Source of the DNA: a virus
Lineage: Duplodnaviria > Caudoviricetes
Virus record (IMG/VR): IMGVR_UViG_3300037067_010056
Location: 2,975-66,974 of that record
DNA: 64,000 bases
Strand: one strand, 5' to 3'
The position numbers and the translations under genes are program-made. Of the stretch, positions 29,028 through 39,092 are shown in pieces. A model generated the notes under the pieces. The model ran no database searches. It saw nothing but the letters and a program-made list of their open reading frames with translations, and was not told where the DNA came from. The number at the start of each line of letters is the position of its first letter. Within the stretch, counting starts at the first letter, position 1.

Positions 29028-29864
29028 ATGACATCTTGGGGTGAGTTGACAGGTGAACAACGTAGTTTAGTCAGTGTGGTTCAGCATTGGATTGATGCTT
29101 TTGGAAGTCAACCCTTCAGTGTCAGGTCTGAGGTACCTGGATTTCTACCTAGTCCAAGGAATCCGGTCTACTCGAACCTTGTACTTCTTGATGACGCCCA
29201 AGAGGAGCTATTGCGATTTTTATTGTTATATTGGAGGGAGTTGTATCTCAAGGGGTTCGATGGGGTTCGAGAAAGATCTTCCCTTGCGCCGTCAGCTTCG
29301 AGTGGGTTAGGGGTAGTCGAGAGTTGGGGCCATCTAATCCGACCCAAGGTATCAATTGTACCCTTTGAGCCGATCAGTATTAACCCGTCTCCTGATGCCA
29401 CCTCCTTAGTCTTGATGCTAGCAAGCCGGCTGTATGAGGTCTTTGGCAGCACCCAAAGCTTCCCTCCATTCTCCAGTCCAGTTGAGCAACCTCCTGAATC
29501 GGCCTGGCGTGAGTTCCAGTGGGCTGCCTCGCGTTGGGATGGTAACTTGATGGAGCGCAAAGGCTACCTGGACCCCGAATCCTATGCAGTAGAGCTTGAG
29601 GATACCGAACGGGCTCACTTGGGGTTAGCCTCGAGTTGGAGGCGGCTCGTTGATACTTTGGTTAGCTATGTCGAGGAGCGACTCTGTCAGCCCAACCCAG
29701 TACTGATTGTTTCGATTACGGGCTCTGACTTCAACCCAGGACACCGGTCCGAACTTCTGAAGTTGGCAGGGACCCTACGTCACGAGCGAGTAGCACTGAT
29801 ACTCGCAGGGGATAGTAGTTTGTACCCTAGTGGGTTACAGGTTCTTTCTTCTTCCTGCTCGTAG
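29028..29864 (+). CDS. Hypothetical protein
   Basis: 278-aa ATG ORF. Confidence 0.75.
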   Translation: MTSWGELTGEQRSLVSVVQHWIDAFGSQPFSVRSEVPGFLPSPRNPVYSNLVLLDDAQEELLRFLLLYWRELYLKGFDGVRERSSLAPSASSGLGVVESWGHLIRPKVSIVPFEPISINPSPDATSLVLMLASRLYEVFGSTQSFPPFSSPVEQPPESAWREFQWAASRWDGNLMERKGYLDPESYAVELEDTERAHLGLASSWRRLVDTLVSYVEERLCQPNPVLIVSITGSDFNPGHRSELLKLAGTLRHERVALILAGDSSLYPSGLQVLSSSCS

Positions 29865-30001
29865 CTACACGCGGGGATAGCGGCCCTTCAATCCCTGGAC
29901 GACCTCGGGAGTGAGGCCGCGAATCAAGCGGCCTGGGACGACATGTTGGAGCTTCAGAAGCGATACGACCGGGTAGTGAAGAAGATCAAGGAGAATAGGT
30001 C

Positions 30002-30211
30002 ATGAGCTACGAGATTCGGTACAAGGACAAGTATACAGGCAAACGAGAAGTTCACGTGTATCGTGGCAATGATGCTGGGGCCGAGGGTTGGGCTCGGTCC
30101 TTGGCTAAGGACCATGAGTGCAAGGCTGAAGCGGTCCGGATTGCGGACGTGCCCAACGACTCCTCGGGGAAGGTAACTCACCTGATCACGGTGGGTGATG
30201 ACCAAAAGTAA
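30002..30211 (+). CDS. Hypothetical protein
   Basis: Operon member. Confidence 0.65.
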   Translation: MSYEIRYKDKYTGKREVHVYRGNDAGAEGWARSLAKDHECKAEAVRIADVPNDSSGKVTHLITVGDDQK

Positions 30212-30214
30212 GCC

Positions 30215-30424
30215 ATGAGTCGACCAAGTGCTGGTGAGCTCGAGACCTTTATTGTTACAGACCACACCGGGGCTCCCCCTGAAGCGGTTGAACTCTTCAC
30301 AAGTGAGAGCAGTGATGGTGTACCAACAGCGATAGTTCATCATCCGGAGGCTGGCTGGTTCGTGATTCAAACGTCGGGTCAGGGTCCGTATATCATCTGG
30401 CCCGTTGAGGAGAAGAAGGCATGA
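30215..30424 (+). CDS. Hypothetical protein
   Basis: Operon member. Confidence 0.65.
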   Translation: MSRPSAGELETFIVTDHTGAPPEAVELFTSESSDGVPTAIVHHPEAGWFVIQTSGQGPYIIWPVEEKKA

Positions 30425-30687
30425 TGTTTCTGGTTACAGGGCCTAAAGGTCGTATTGATTGTCAGGCGTTTCCAGTTGAAGCGCCAACAGCAGACGATGC
30501 GGCCATTGGGGCTGGGACTCAGTTAGATTTAGAGATCACGGGTCGGGTGAGTACCCTTGACTTTAGGGACCCTAGATCGTCTCGAGAGTACGAGTTCGTA
30601 CGTCATGTAAAGGATCGGTCTGACGAGCTAGTTCACTTCAAGGTTGAGCCAACAGTGGTTCTCCAGGTTGGGAAGGTTAAGAGGTAA
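30421..30687 (+). CDS. Hypothetical protein
   Basis: ATGA overlap. Confidence 0.65.
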   Translation: MMFLVTGPKGRIDCQAFPVEAPTADDAAIGAGTQLDLEITGRVSTLDFRDPRSSREYEFVRHVKDRSDELVHFKVEPTVVLQVGKVKR

Positions 30688-31127
30688 TGTCCAAGTTCGT
30701 TGCTGACTTAGCAGAGCGCATTGGCGTCCCCTACCTAGCGGAGCGCGACCACGAGAAGCTACTTGGGCATCGATTGAAGGAGGTTCCGAAGGAAGAAGCT
30801 ATCAAGCAGGGACTATTCCCTACTCGTCGCTTCCGCTCTCCTACTGGTGAGATACTCGAAACGGATGAGTTCCCCACCATGGACCATGAGCAGCTGACCG
30901 AGGAAGTTTGGACAAGAGATCATTGGCCAACTGACCCAAACAACACGGTCTTGGAAGCTCTGCAGAAGGTCCCCCATGGGATCATTGCGATCTACTACCA
31001 CATGACCTGTCTGAACATCGTTTTGGTGACCCCGGAGCGTGAGCTAATTGGTATCCGGAGAACGGCTCTCTATGATAGGAATGAAGTTCAGGCTCTGAAC
31101 CGATTGAAGAAAGCTGCAACAGCATGA
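30687..31127 (+). CDS. Hypothetical protein
   Basis: TAATG overlap. Confidence 0.7.
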   Translation: MSKFVADLAERIGVPYLAERDHEKLLGHRLKEVPKEEAIKQGLFPTRRFRSPTGEILETDEFPTMDHEQLTEEVWTRDHWPTDPNNTVLEALQKVPHGIIAIYYHMTCLNIVLVTPERELIGIRRTALYDRNEVQALNRLKKAATA

Positions 31128-31137
31128 ACAAGCATAA

Positions 31138-31175
31138 AGTGAACCCCGACCCAAAGACTTGAGTCGGGGTTCACT
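31138..31175. terminator. Bidirectional terminator-like hairpin
   Basis: 13-bp perfect IR between convergent genes. Confidence 0.7.
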
Positions 31176-31190
31176 AACCAACACGTCGTA

Positions 31191-31811
31191 TTAGCAAGCT
31201 GGTAGCTGATCAGCGAGTGCTATCACGGCGTTGACACGAGCCTGCAAAGCTGTGTCTCCCTTTGCGACCGCTTCCGACAGGCGATACTGCAGTTGTTCCA
31301 AGAGCAGCGCTCTACCTATGTCTCCTACATACATCACACCCTTCAAGATGGTGAGCCTATCTGCCACTACAGGGAAAACCCCTTGTGCCACGATCTGGTC
31401 AATGAGCGGGTGTACGATGGCTTGAGCACAGATCTTGAGCGTCGGTAGCAAGAGGTTAACGCAGGCCTCTTCGCCACATCGTGGCGAGATCATTTGCACC
31501 GACGTCTCTTCATTATGCCCATGGCAGCAACGAGTCCACACCTTGTAGCAACCTGGAGGAATGTCTACCTCAATGTGATTGAAGAAGGTTCCAACCGGAG
31601 GCATCAACATGATTCGTTGGGCGCCTTGGTAGAAGTGGTTTGTTATAGTATAGTTGGGGTACCTGGCCTGCAGTTGTGCTACAATTTCTGGCCAAATATC
31701 GACCAGATATGTACCTGTGCAGGCTTGGATCACCAAGTCGGTACGCCACATATCGGTTAACAAGTCACAGTTTCGGCTACGAACCCAAATATTCAAACGA
31801 GCTAGTCCCAT
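31191..31811 (-). CDS. Hypothetical protein
   Basis: 206-aa ATG ORF. Confidence 0.75.
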   Translation of the reverse strand: MGLARLNIWVRSRNCDLLTDMWRTDLVIQACTGTYLVDIWPEIVAQLQARYPNYTITNHFYQGAQRIMLMPPVGTFFNHIEVDIPPGCYKVWTRCCHGHNEETSVQMISPRCGEEACVNLLLPTLKICAQAIVHPLIDQIVAQGVFPVVADRLTILKGVMYVGDIGRALLLEQLQYRLSEAVAKGDTALQARVNAVIALADQLPAC

Positions 31812-32137
31812 AACTGACTTCCCTTCCTAGACACATGATGTGTCCGTGAATCATATTGGGTTTTAGGGCCTAGGTCAATCAAGATTTTGAGAACTTAAAA
31901 ACACGAACAATTACAATATCCTACAAAGTAGGATCAGAGGCTCAGGAACCGACCGATAGGTTCTACACTTTTTGGTGTAAGGGGTTATAATCGAAGTAAT
32001 TATGCCGTCTAGTTAGGCGCTTCTATTCGAACATAGTGGAAAGGATTCTTTATGAGCAAACTTACCAGTTGGAGAGTGAATCTTCTACGTCGTTGCTGCT
32101 CCGGTAGCAAACGATACCCGTCGGGTGGGGAAGACTG

Positions 32138-32419
32138 ATGCTGCAGTGGGCTCTGACCGTGGTTGGTCTGACGACCATCATCACGCAATCCAAGCTCCTT
32201 GCACCTATCCGACGGGGTTTCGAAAACCTGACAGGGTCGAAGTTCCTCTGTTGCCCGATGTGCATGGGTTTCTGGGTGGGCTTCGGCCTGTCCCTTATTG
32301 GCTTGAGTAATACTACCTTGCCTCTGTTGCTTCGTTGGTTAGTTGACGGGTGGGCTTCGAGTGGTCTGAACTGGATCGTCTACGTGATCCTAGTTCGGTT
32401 GGGCGCAAAAGACCTGTAA
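32138..32419 (+). CDS. DUF1360-like membrane protein
   Basis: Hydrophobic protein with FLCCPMCMGFWVG motif. Confidence 0.6.
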   Translation: MLQWALTVVGLTTIITQSKLLAPIRRGFENLTGSKFLCCPMCMGFWVGFGLSLIGLSNTTLPLLLRWLVDGWASSGLNWIVYVILVRLGAKDL

Positions 32420-32526
32420 CCCAAGCGACAGACCGATGGGGACACCCCGAAGATAGTCCAAGATAGCTTTGACTTAGGGCCAAACGTATAGCATGCTGTG
32501 AGCCCCTAACTAAAAGCGGCCCAAAG

Positions 32527-33270
32527 ATGAAGTCTGACAGCTTAGATGATCGGATGCGACGGCTTGAGTGCTACCACTCGATGGCGGTCCTTCCCGGAGC
32601 TTGGATGGTTATTCGTGTTGATGGGCGGAGCTTCACTCGATTGACCAAGGTGTTTGAGCATCCGTTTGACTCCAAGTTCCACGAGTACATGGTGGCGACG
32701 GCTCTTGCCCTACTGGTCGAGCTAGGCGGGATTTATGCCTTCACAGAGTCGGACGAAATCTCGGTCCTCCTCCCTCTCGATACTGACCTATTTGGTCGAG
32801 AGATCGAGAAGCTGGTCTCAATCTCGGCGGGCGTAGCCTCCTCAGTGTTCTCGGTTCAGTTGAGTCATGCAGCTCACTTCGATAGTCGCGTGTGGGTTGG
32901 TGTCTCGAACAATGATGTGATTGACTACTTCCGGTGGAGGCAGGCGGATGCCACCCGATGCTGTCTGAACTCCTGGTGCTACTGGACTTTGAGAAAGGCT
33001 GGCAAGAGCGCCTTGGAGGCGACGAAGGCTCTTGAGGGCAAGACCTTCAGTGAGAAGAACGAGATACTGCACAAGCACGGGATCAACTTCAACAACGTTC
33101 CTGCGTGGCAGAAACGAGGATGTGGGCTCTACTGGAGGAGCTTCGAGAAGGAGGGGTTCAACCCCAAGAAGAACGAAGTCAGTATGGCTATGAGGAGACG
33201 GGTTCACATTGACAGGAACCTCCCTCGGGGTACAGAGTATGCTGACTTCGTCCTGGCTTTTATGTCATAA
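32527..33270 (+). CDS. thg1: tRNA(His) guanylyltransferase / Thg1-like 3'-5' polymerase
   Basis: IRVDGRSF, ESDEIS, FDSR, YFRWRQADA..CLN motifs. Confidence 0.9.
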   Translation: MKSDSLDDRMRRLECYHSMAVLPGAWMVIRVDGRSFTRLTKVFEHPFDSKFHEYMVATALALLVELGGIYAFTESDEISVLLPLDTDLFGREIEKLVSISAGVASSVFSVQLSHAAHFDSRVWVGVSNNDVIDYFRWRQADATRCCLNSWCYWTLRKAGKSALEATKALEGKTFSEKNEILHKHGINFNNVPAWQKRGCGLYWRSFEKEGFNPKKNEVSMAMRRRVHIDRNLPRGTEYADFVLAFMS

Positions 33271-33280
33271 TACTGTCTCT

Positions 33281-33742
33281 ATGGACCTAATCATCTTCGT
33301 GGGCCTTCAGGCAGCTGGCAAGACTACTTTCCGTGGTTTGGAGCTTCCGAACCATGTCGTTGTGAGCAAAGACCTTATGATTGGAGATCGAAGGACTGGG
33401 GTCTCGAAGGCTGTACAGCAAGTACGGCTCATTCGCGGGGCTCTGAGTAACGGTCAGTCAGCAGTCGTGGACAACACGAACGTAACCCTGGAAGAACGGG
33501 CTGAGCTGATACTGCTTGGGCGAGAGTATTCGGCTCGGGTGCTGGGTTATCACTTCAAGTCCACGGTTGAGCAGTCAATGGCACGCAATCTTATGAGGAC
33601 TGGTAAGGCCTGCATACCTCGTGTTGGCATCCTGACTAAGGCGAAGTTGTTCGTTGCCCCAACCCTAGCTGAGGGCTTTGACGAGCTGTACGAGGTCGTG
33701 TGGGGTCCGGGCAAGACCTTTCTCAAGGCTAGGGTCCTGTGA
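33281..33742 (+). CDS. P-loop kinase (AAA_33 / polynucleotide-kinase-like)
   Basis: GLQAAGKTT Walker A; VVDNTN. Confidence 0.8.
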   Translation: MDLIIFVGLQAAGKTTFRGLELPNHVVVSKDLMIGDRRTGVSKAVQQVRLIRGALSNGQSAVVDNTNVTLEERAELILLGREYSARVLGYHFKSTVEQSMARNLMRTGKACIPRVGILTKAKLFVAPTLAEGFDELYEVVWGPGKTFLKARVL

Positions 33743-34272
33743 CCATCAAGCCCATTCGATGGTTTGAGATAACGGATGGGAAGGTTCCGCCGGCCTTTCA
33801 CACCCATACCAATACCTCTGTTGTTGTGTGCTTGGACTACAAGGATACTAACAATCAGCGGGCGGGGTTTGAAGCTTACTCCCTCTGTCGTGATAGGATC
33901 TCGCTCATCAAACTCATTAGCGAGTGGAGTAGTGAACCGTTATGGGATCAGCTCACTATAGGTGCTCAGGATTTGATCAACTTGGCAGCCTTAGATACTG
34001 AGTATGGTTTCCTAGATGGGAACCTGTACGGAATCTTCTGGGTACAACAGGGTGTTACTCCGCAAGGGATTGTACACTTGGGGCTCGCATACGCAAGCTC
34101 CACCAACGAGCTGACCCCTTGCCAAGGGATGAAAACTGTAAGCGCCCGAGATGATTCGCATCACGTCTGGGTGACGCCCCAGTGCGCGATCCCATTACTT
34201 GTCGATGTCAAGCTACCCAGTGACCAGCCTATTCGTAGGTTATCACGGTATGAGCGCTCTTGGGTGATCTAG
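33739..34272 (+). CDS. Tagged hypothetical protein
   Basis: Ends RLSRYERSWVI*. Confidence 0.8.
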   Translation: MTIKPIRWFEITDGKVPPAFHTHTNTSVVVCLDYKDTNNQRAGFEAYSLCRDRISLIKLISEWSSEPLWDQLTIGAQDLINLAALDTEYGFLDGNLYGIFWVQQGVTPQGIVHLGLAYASSTNELTPCQGMKTVSARDDSHHVWVTPQCAIPLLVDVKLPSDQPIRRLSRYERSWVI

Positions 34273-34293
34273 TTCCCGGTGTAGTTGATCTGC

Positions 34294-34551
34294 ATGAAGT
34301 TCATACTAAATTTAGTATCAGTCCTCATCTTTATTGCCTGGATGCTACCCTGGACGAACGAGGCTGATACTCGTAGAGCCCTCAGGTACAGTGGTTTCAC
34401 AGAGGTACAGACCCGTGGGCATGGCTTCTTTGCGTGCATGAGCGATTGGTCAGCGACAGAATTTGAGGCTACCAATCCGGTGGGTATGAAGCGGGTCCCT
34501 GGTGTCGTCTGTTGCGGGCTCTTCATGAAGGCCTGCACCGTTCGGTGGTGA
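34294..34551 (+). CDS. Small phage membrane/secreted protein
   Basis: N-terminal hydrophobic helix; GxxCCG..K.CTVR; GGTGTA 10 nt upstream. Confidence 0.7.
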   Translation: MKFILNLVSVLIFIAWMLPWTNEADTRRALRYSGFTEVQTRGHGFFACMSDWSATEFEATNPVGMKRVPGVVCCGLFMKACTVRW

Positions 34552-34555
34552 AGTC

Positions 34556-34768
34556 ATGATCTTCATGCGAAAGGATGCACTACGGATTTCAAGTTATTTA
34601 CTGTTCATGGTCAGTGTTGTTCTGTTAGCAGACGGGTATCGACGTGAGTTTAATGCAATCGAACGACGCCTTGAGTCCCAACAACGTGATATAAATCGGT
34701 TGGCAGATACGCTCGAGAGGGTTGTGGACACCATGGCTGAACTGGCTAAGCAAAACAGGGATAGGTGA
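34556..34768 (+). CDS. Small membrane protein with coiled coil
   Basis: TM helix followed by heptads. Confidence 0.6.
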   Translation: MIFMRKDALRISSYLLFMVSVVLLADGYRREFNAIERRLESQQRDINRLADTLERVVDTMAELAKQNRDR

Positions 34769-34772
34769 TCCC

Positions 34773-35015
34773 ATGTCAAAGGGTAACCGTCGAGTCAAGA
34801 ACGTCTCAGGGCATCCGGCCCCTGGTACTTACGCCCAAGACCAGAAGGGACCTAAGTTCCCTGACAATATCGACTTCTCGAGAGCCTGGGCTGAGGCTCG
34901 AATTTATGATTCCAGTTTGCCAGTGAACCCACCGAAGAACCTTCCTGAAGAGGCTCAGCGGGGGATCATCCTACTGGCTCGGAGAGTTCTCAAGCTCGAA
35001 TCGGAGTGGTCATAG
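34773..35015 (+). CDS. Hypothetical protein
   Basis: Operon member. Confidence 0.6.
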   Translation: MSKGNRRVKNVSGHPAPGTYAQDQKGPKFPDNIDFSRAWAEARIYDSSLPVNPPKNLPEEAQRGIILLARRVLKLESEWS

Positions 35016-35039
35016 GTTGTCCCGGTGTAGAGACAATCT

Positions 35040-36215
35040 ATGGAGCCTGCAAACAGAAGCAAGTGGACCTTCGAAGTAGCTGTAAGTAGTAAGAAGTTCC
35101 ACACCAAAGCGAAGCAATTAGCAAGCCTTCGTGAGCATAGCTTTGAGGAGCTGATTGAAAAAGCTGAGTCTACTCAACTAGAGGCAGAAGAGGGGGTTAC
35201 TCATGATGAGTTCGTGAGTCGGTTACCTCCAGAGGTACGATCTGCCTACCTGAGTGAGATGGAGTTTCTGAGGCAGATTAACCTAAGCAAAGGACCTCTT
35301 CTATCACCGGAAGTCAGGTTCGTGTTTAACCCTCGTGGTGGTAAGCCTGTAGTAGAGGCCCAAAAAGAGATCTCTATTGATACGGTTGCTGGGATTACCT
35401 CGTCCCTTGGTAGCATCAGTGAGTTGTCGGATGAGTTCATATTTGGGATTGGACTCTTTGATGCAGATTCAGAGGTTCACACACCCTATGAAGACTTGTT
35501 GCCGCATATTTGGAATTCAGTTCCAAAGTTTCCTAGCCCAGACCTACGAGGGGTTCAGAATCTAGTAACCAATCGTAGCCTTGAAGAGCGATCCCAGGTC
35601 GAGCAAGAGGCTATTGCGGAAGCACGACAGGTAGTGGTTTACATGCCCGATGTAACACTCAACAAGCTTTCAAAGGAACATAGCTCCTGGGCGCAGTACT
35701 ACCAACTAGCCCCTTTGAGTACTCGCCCACCTGCTGAGGTAGACGAAGAAGCAGTAGCTCAAGCTCGTGTCCGGATTGAAGAGGTCAAGGCGCAGTTGAA
35801 GGCGCAGTACTTAGACGATGAGGGTCGGGTGCGTCTCGTTATCCTTTATGGAGGCAACGAAGACCTCTGCTTGAAGGTACTCTCCCTCAAACTGCACAGT
35901 GGGATCATAGATGAAACCCCCGTGGAGCTTGCAGAGACCTCTTTGAACAACATTGCTGACATGAGGAAGCTTCGTGAGTACGAACGAGTACGAGAAACTG
36001 GCGCTCTCAGTGATAGTGATATGGAAGAGATCCGTCAAGAGTACCTCAAGATCCACCCCCAGCTTGGTTTGTCAAGAGATGTGCTAGCTCAGATGTTGGT
36101 GGGCTTGATCCGCTTGATACCTCGAGAGATTCTTAGTACTGGTGTTCTTGCTGACTTACTCGGATCAACCCCTTCAATCGTAGAGCAGTTATTGCTTGAG
36201 CGGTTCACAGTATGA
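35040..36215 (+). CDS. Acidic hypothetical protein (391 aa)
   Basis: Long ORF; GGTGTA 10 nt upstream. Confidence 0.8.
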   Translation: MEPANRSKWTFEVAVSSKKFHTKAKQLASLREHSFEELIEKAESTQLEAEEGVTHDEFVSRLPPEVRSAYLSEMEFLRQINLSKGPLLSPEVRFVFNPRGGKPVVEAQKEISIDTVAGITSSLGSISELSDEFIFGIGLFDADSEVHTPYEDLLPHIWNSVPKFPSPDLRGVQNLVTNRSLEERSQVEQEAIAEARQVVVYMPDVTLNKLSKEHSSWAQYYQLAPLSTRPPAEVDEEAVAQARVRIEEVKAQLKAQYLDDEGRVRLVILYGGNEDLCLKVLSLKLHSGIIDETPVELAETSLNNIADMRKLREYERVRETGALSDSDMEEIRQEYLKIHPQLGLSRDVLAQMLVGLIRLIPREILSTGVLADLLGSTPSIVEQLLLERFTV

Positions 36216-36649
36216 TCATAAACCACCCTCAGCACGTGACTTGGACATATCTTGTGTTCCAAGAGGACAAGCCTCAATGTGGTGACTATGTCGACCCACG
36301 CGGGCACCACTGGTACGTCCGTCGAGTCTACCCTGAACCCGGAGTGGTCCTTCGGGAGCCCTCTCTGCCGTCATGGTATGTTGAGATGGGGTCGGACCAT
36401 CCTGCCTATCGACTTGAGCCTGGCGAGGAGATTCGACGGTTTTTCAATCCCAGTGAGATTGGGCTTCGACGGGAGCATCTGACCGATATGCTTCGAAGGA
36501 TGCAATTACCGGGCTTTGATTATGTTCGGGTTTCAGAGGATGGTTTTACCCTTATTGTAATAGTATCTACGCCAGATCTGGTAGGCATTCCATCTGAGGT
36601 TGATGGAATGCCTGTGGAATGTCGGTTGACTGAAACAGTCACACTTTGA
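36212..36649 (+). CDS. Hypothetical protein
   Basis: ATGA overlap. Confidence 0.7.
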   Translation: MIINHPQHVTWTYLVFQEDKPQCGDYVDPRGHHWYVRRVYPEPGVVLREPSLPSWYVEMGSDHPAYRLEPGEEIRRFFNPSEIGLRREHLTDMLRRMQLPGFDYVRVSEDGFTLIVIVSTPDLVGIPSEVDGMPVECRLTETVTL

Positions 36650-36825
36650 TTGATCTGACTTGCCTTGGCGCTCGGAGTTGGCTATGCTCCCCACACTCGT
36701 TTGGTTTCCAGTTCCCCTATACGCTACCTCCTGAAGTAATTCAAGATCAGGGCACGGGGGAACTGAGGATCAGACCAGCCATCATCAGTCGCTAGGGATT
36801 GGAACCTTGCGAGTAACTAAGGCTT

Positions 36826-36854
36826 GAGCGGCCCATCTGACAAATGGGCCGTTC
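36826..36854. terminator. Hairpin, terminator-like
   Basis: CGGCCCAT / ATGGGCCG stem in an intergenic region. Confidence 0.4.
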
Positions 36855-36885
36855 GCCTTTAATCCTCGGTGTAGGCATAAGATCT

Positions 36886-37203
36886 ATGGATTATGATGAC
36901 CCAGTCCGGATGGTAGATGACATTCGTCAACATGTCATCTATACCGGGCATCAAGTGGCACCAGCAGATGACCCCAGCCGTCAGTTTCTAGGGTACGTCT
37001 GCATGCACTGTGAGGCTGATTCCTTCTGGCATTGCTCGGCCCTGCATATTCATGCTCTTCCAAGTAGTGTACTTGAAGCCAATATGCTTCGATTCGCTTT
37101 GGGGAGTCAAGCAAGGCGCGTGAAGCTGACAGAGTACCTCAATGATAAGACTCAACCCACACCTCGTCGACTGTCACGGTACGAGCGCAAGTGGGTGATC
37201 TGA
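36886..37203 (+). CDS. Tagged hypothetical protein
   Basis: Ends RLSRYERKWVI*; GGTGTA 12 nt upstream. Confidence 0.8.
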   Translation: MDYDDPVRMVDDIRQHVIYTGHQVAPADDPSRQFLGYVCMHCEADSFWHCSALHIHALPSSVLEANMLRFALGSQARRVKLTEYLNDKTQPTPRRLSRYERKWVI

Positions 37204-37208
37204 GTTAC

Positions 37209-37391
37209 TCATCCCTTATGATGCGGCGCAGTACCTTCAAGCACGCGAGTCCCAATGTCGTTGTCGATAGCATCTAGTTCAGCTAGGCATAGCTCTGCAC
37301 GTTCTCTAGACTTATGGTGCTCCCAAGGGTATGACGCATACTTGCGCAAGTGTAGTTCGATTATAGCTAGCTTCTCTTCTCGTTTCGTCAT
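37209..37391 (-). CDS. Hypothetical protein
   Basis: Overlap with 37388. Confidence 0.55.
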   Translation of the reverse strand: MTKREEKLAIIELHLRKYASYPWEHHKSRERAELCLAELDAIDNDIGTRVLEGTAPHHKG

Positions 37392-37660
37392 AGGAGGTAG
37401 TCCTCTGCCCCTCTGTCTGGACTGAAGGGGAGCTCGAGTTGAGGTGTCTTCAACCTCTTGAGGTGTCTTCTGGCACGCTTGATGAGCGGCCTGGCGATGT
37501 CAGAGTGGACGCTGATGAAGGTTCTGTTTGGTACATACCATGAGCTTGGGGGGACGTTGGCGAGCGTTAGAAGACGTATGACGTCTTCGCGACTGAACAA
37601 GGCCAAATCAGTCTCCGAGTGCAGGTCCACGTACATCAAGAAACCTTCGTCGTCGTCCAT
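37388..37660 (-). CDS. Hypothetical protein
   Basis: GGTGTA 12 nt upstream on minus strand. Confidence 0.7.
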   Translation of the reverse strand: MDDDEGFLMYVDLHSETDLALFSREDVIRLLTLANVPPSSWYVPNRTFISVHSDIARPLIKRARRHLKRLKTPQLELPFSPDRGAEDYLL

Positions 37661-37701
37661 GGGGTAGCACTTTACACCAAGATCACTGAGATTGACAACG
37701 A

Positions 37702-38331
37702 TTGTCGCACCATGGTACGACTCGCTCGGTGCCCCTGCCCATTCACATCAAATGGTATGAGACCCCAGAGAACCTGGATGGACTGAAAGCTCTCAAGTGC
37801 TCTAGGACGGATAGCAGTGTTCCAGTGGTATCAACTGGGATGGGTGGGGTCTTGGTTAACTTCGAGCGCAGACTCGAGAAGTGGCATATCGAGTGGAATA
37901 ATGTAGATGGGAAGATCACATACCACTTCAATCTGAGTGATACTATGGGGCTGACTGACCCTTTGAACCTCATGCTACCTGTTGTGAAGTTCACCGACAG
38001 ATGGTCTAGAGCACGCGGAATGAACTTTGACCTATCAAGGTTGATTAACAACCGGGTAGGCCAACTTCTTAGGTTCCTTGGAGACAAGTGGTTATTGGTA
38101 CCGAACGGGACCCTCTTCATTGTGACGCGGGCCGGGATCAAAACATCACTGGCCGATAATAGGTCTTGGAGCCTGATTATCGGGTATTCAGCGGTTGAGC
38201 CAGAGCCTAAGTTCCAATGCAAACCGATGTACTCGGACACTCCAGAGTTGCGGATACCTAAGAGCTTTGAGGTGGTGCAGGCTCCTGACCCCCCTAGGTT
38301 ATCGCGGTATGAGCGGCCTTGGGTGATCTAG
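37702..38331 (+). CDS. Tagged hypothetical protein
   Basis: Ends RLSRYERPWVI*; start uncertain. Confidence 0.75.
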   Translation: MSHHGTTRSVPLPIHIKWYETPENLDGLKALKCSRTDSSVPVVSTGMGGVLVNFERRLEKWHIEWNNVDGKITYHFNLSDTMGLTDPLNLMLPVVKFTDRWSRARGMNFDLSRLINNRVGQLLRFLGDKWLLVPNGTLFIVTRAGIKTSLADNRSWSLIIGYSAVEPEPKFQCKPMYSDTPELRIPKSFEVVQAPDPPRLSRYERPWVI

Positions 38332-38749
38332 CCCTAGTCCTCTTCTTGGACTTATCGGGCCACTGGAAGGCGTCCAGAAGCACCTTGTACTCGATTGGTA
38401 CCTTGAGTGGGTCGAGAACAACGATACGATCTGGGTACATGAGAGTGCCCAGCTTGCTGAGGGTGAGCGGATACTTCTTGATGTCGTAGTGACTGAGATC
38501 ATCCTCAACGCCTACGACAGACAAACGATGGGGCGAAGATGAGTAGGTAAGAGGGTCCAGGGGCTTCGAGGTTAGCTTTAGGACGCGTCCTATCTTGATA
38601 GAGGCACAACGACCCAAGGCGTGCCCATAGGCGATGTATGAGCCAACCCTGATGTCCTGGCCCAACTTGTCCTTCAGAAAGTCCACCTTTTCTCGAGGGG
38701 CACCATCCTTGTGTCTTGGTGTTGGATTACCTGCAACGAAACTGGCCAT
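38294..38749 (-). CDS. SH3/KOW-like hypothetical protein, paralogue of 5201
   Basis: DKLGQDIRVGSYIAY. Confidence 0.7.
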   Translation of the reverse strand: MASFVAGNPTPRHKDGAPREKVDFLKDKLGQDIRVGSYIAYGHALGRCASIKIGRVLKLTSKPLDPLTYSSSPHRLSVVGVEDDLSHYDIKKYPLTLSKLGTLMYPDRIVVLDPLKVPIEYKVLLDAFQWPDKSKKRTRARSPKAAHTAIT

Positions 38750-38765
38750 AGTTCAGAGTTACCCT

Positions 38766-39014
38766 TCAGGTCTGGTCTTTACCCATTGGTCCGTAGAACC
38801 AAACTTCCCCTTCTGTAGGGTATTCAGGATCTATACGCCTCCTGGCGAGACCAAACTTCTCGAGTGCCTCATTGGCTCGCATCTCACTCCAGTGAAAGTC
38901 TAGCTCTTCCATGCACTTCCACATTACTAAAGCAAAATCTTCCTTACTGAGGTCATCCCGAGCAAACTCTCGAAATAGCTCCCCGAACAGGTATGCACTT
39001 CTGTGGTCACCCAT
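38766..39014 (-). CDS. Hypothetical protein
   Basis: GGTGTA 11 nt upstream. Confidence 0.7.
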   Translation of the reverse strand: MGDHRSAYLFGELFREFARDDLSKEDFALVMWKCMEELDFHWSEMRANEALEKFGLARRRIDPEYPTEGEVWFYGPMGKDQT

Positions 39015-39092
39015 TGAATTGGTAATACACCGGTACTGGTTGCTTGACTAGCGTTTTGGGTTCTAGTAGCGTAACTCTCCAAGGAATCAAGT

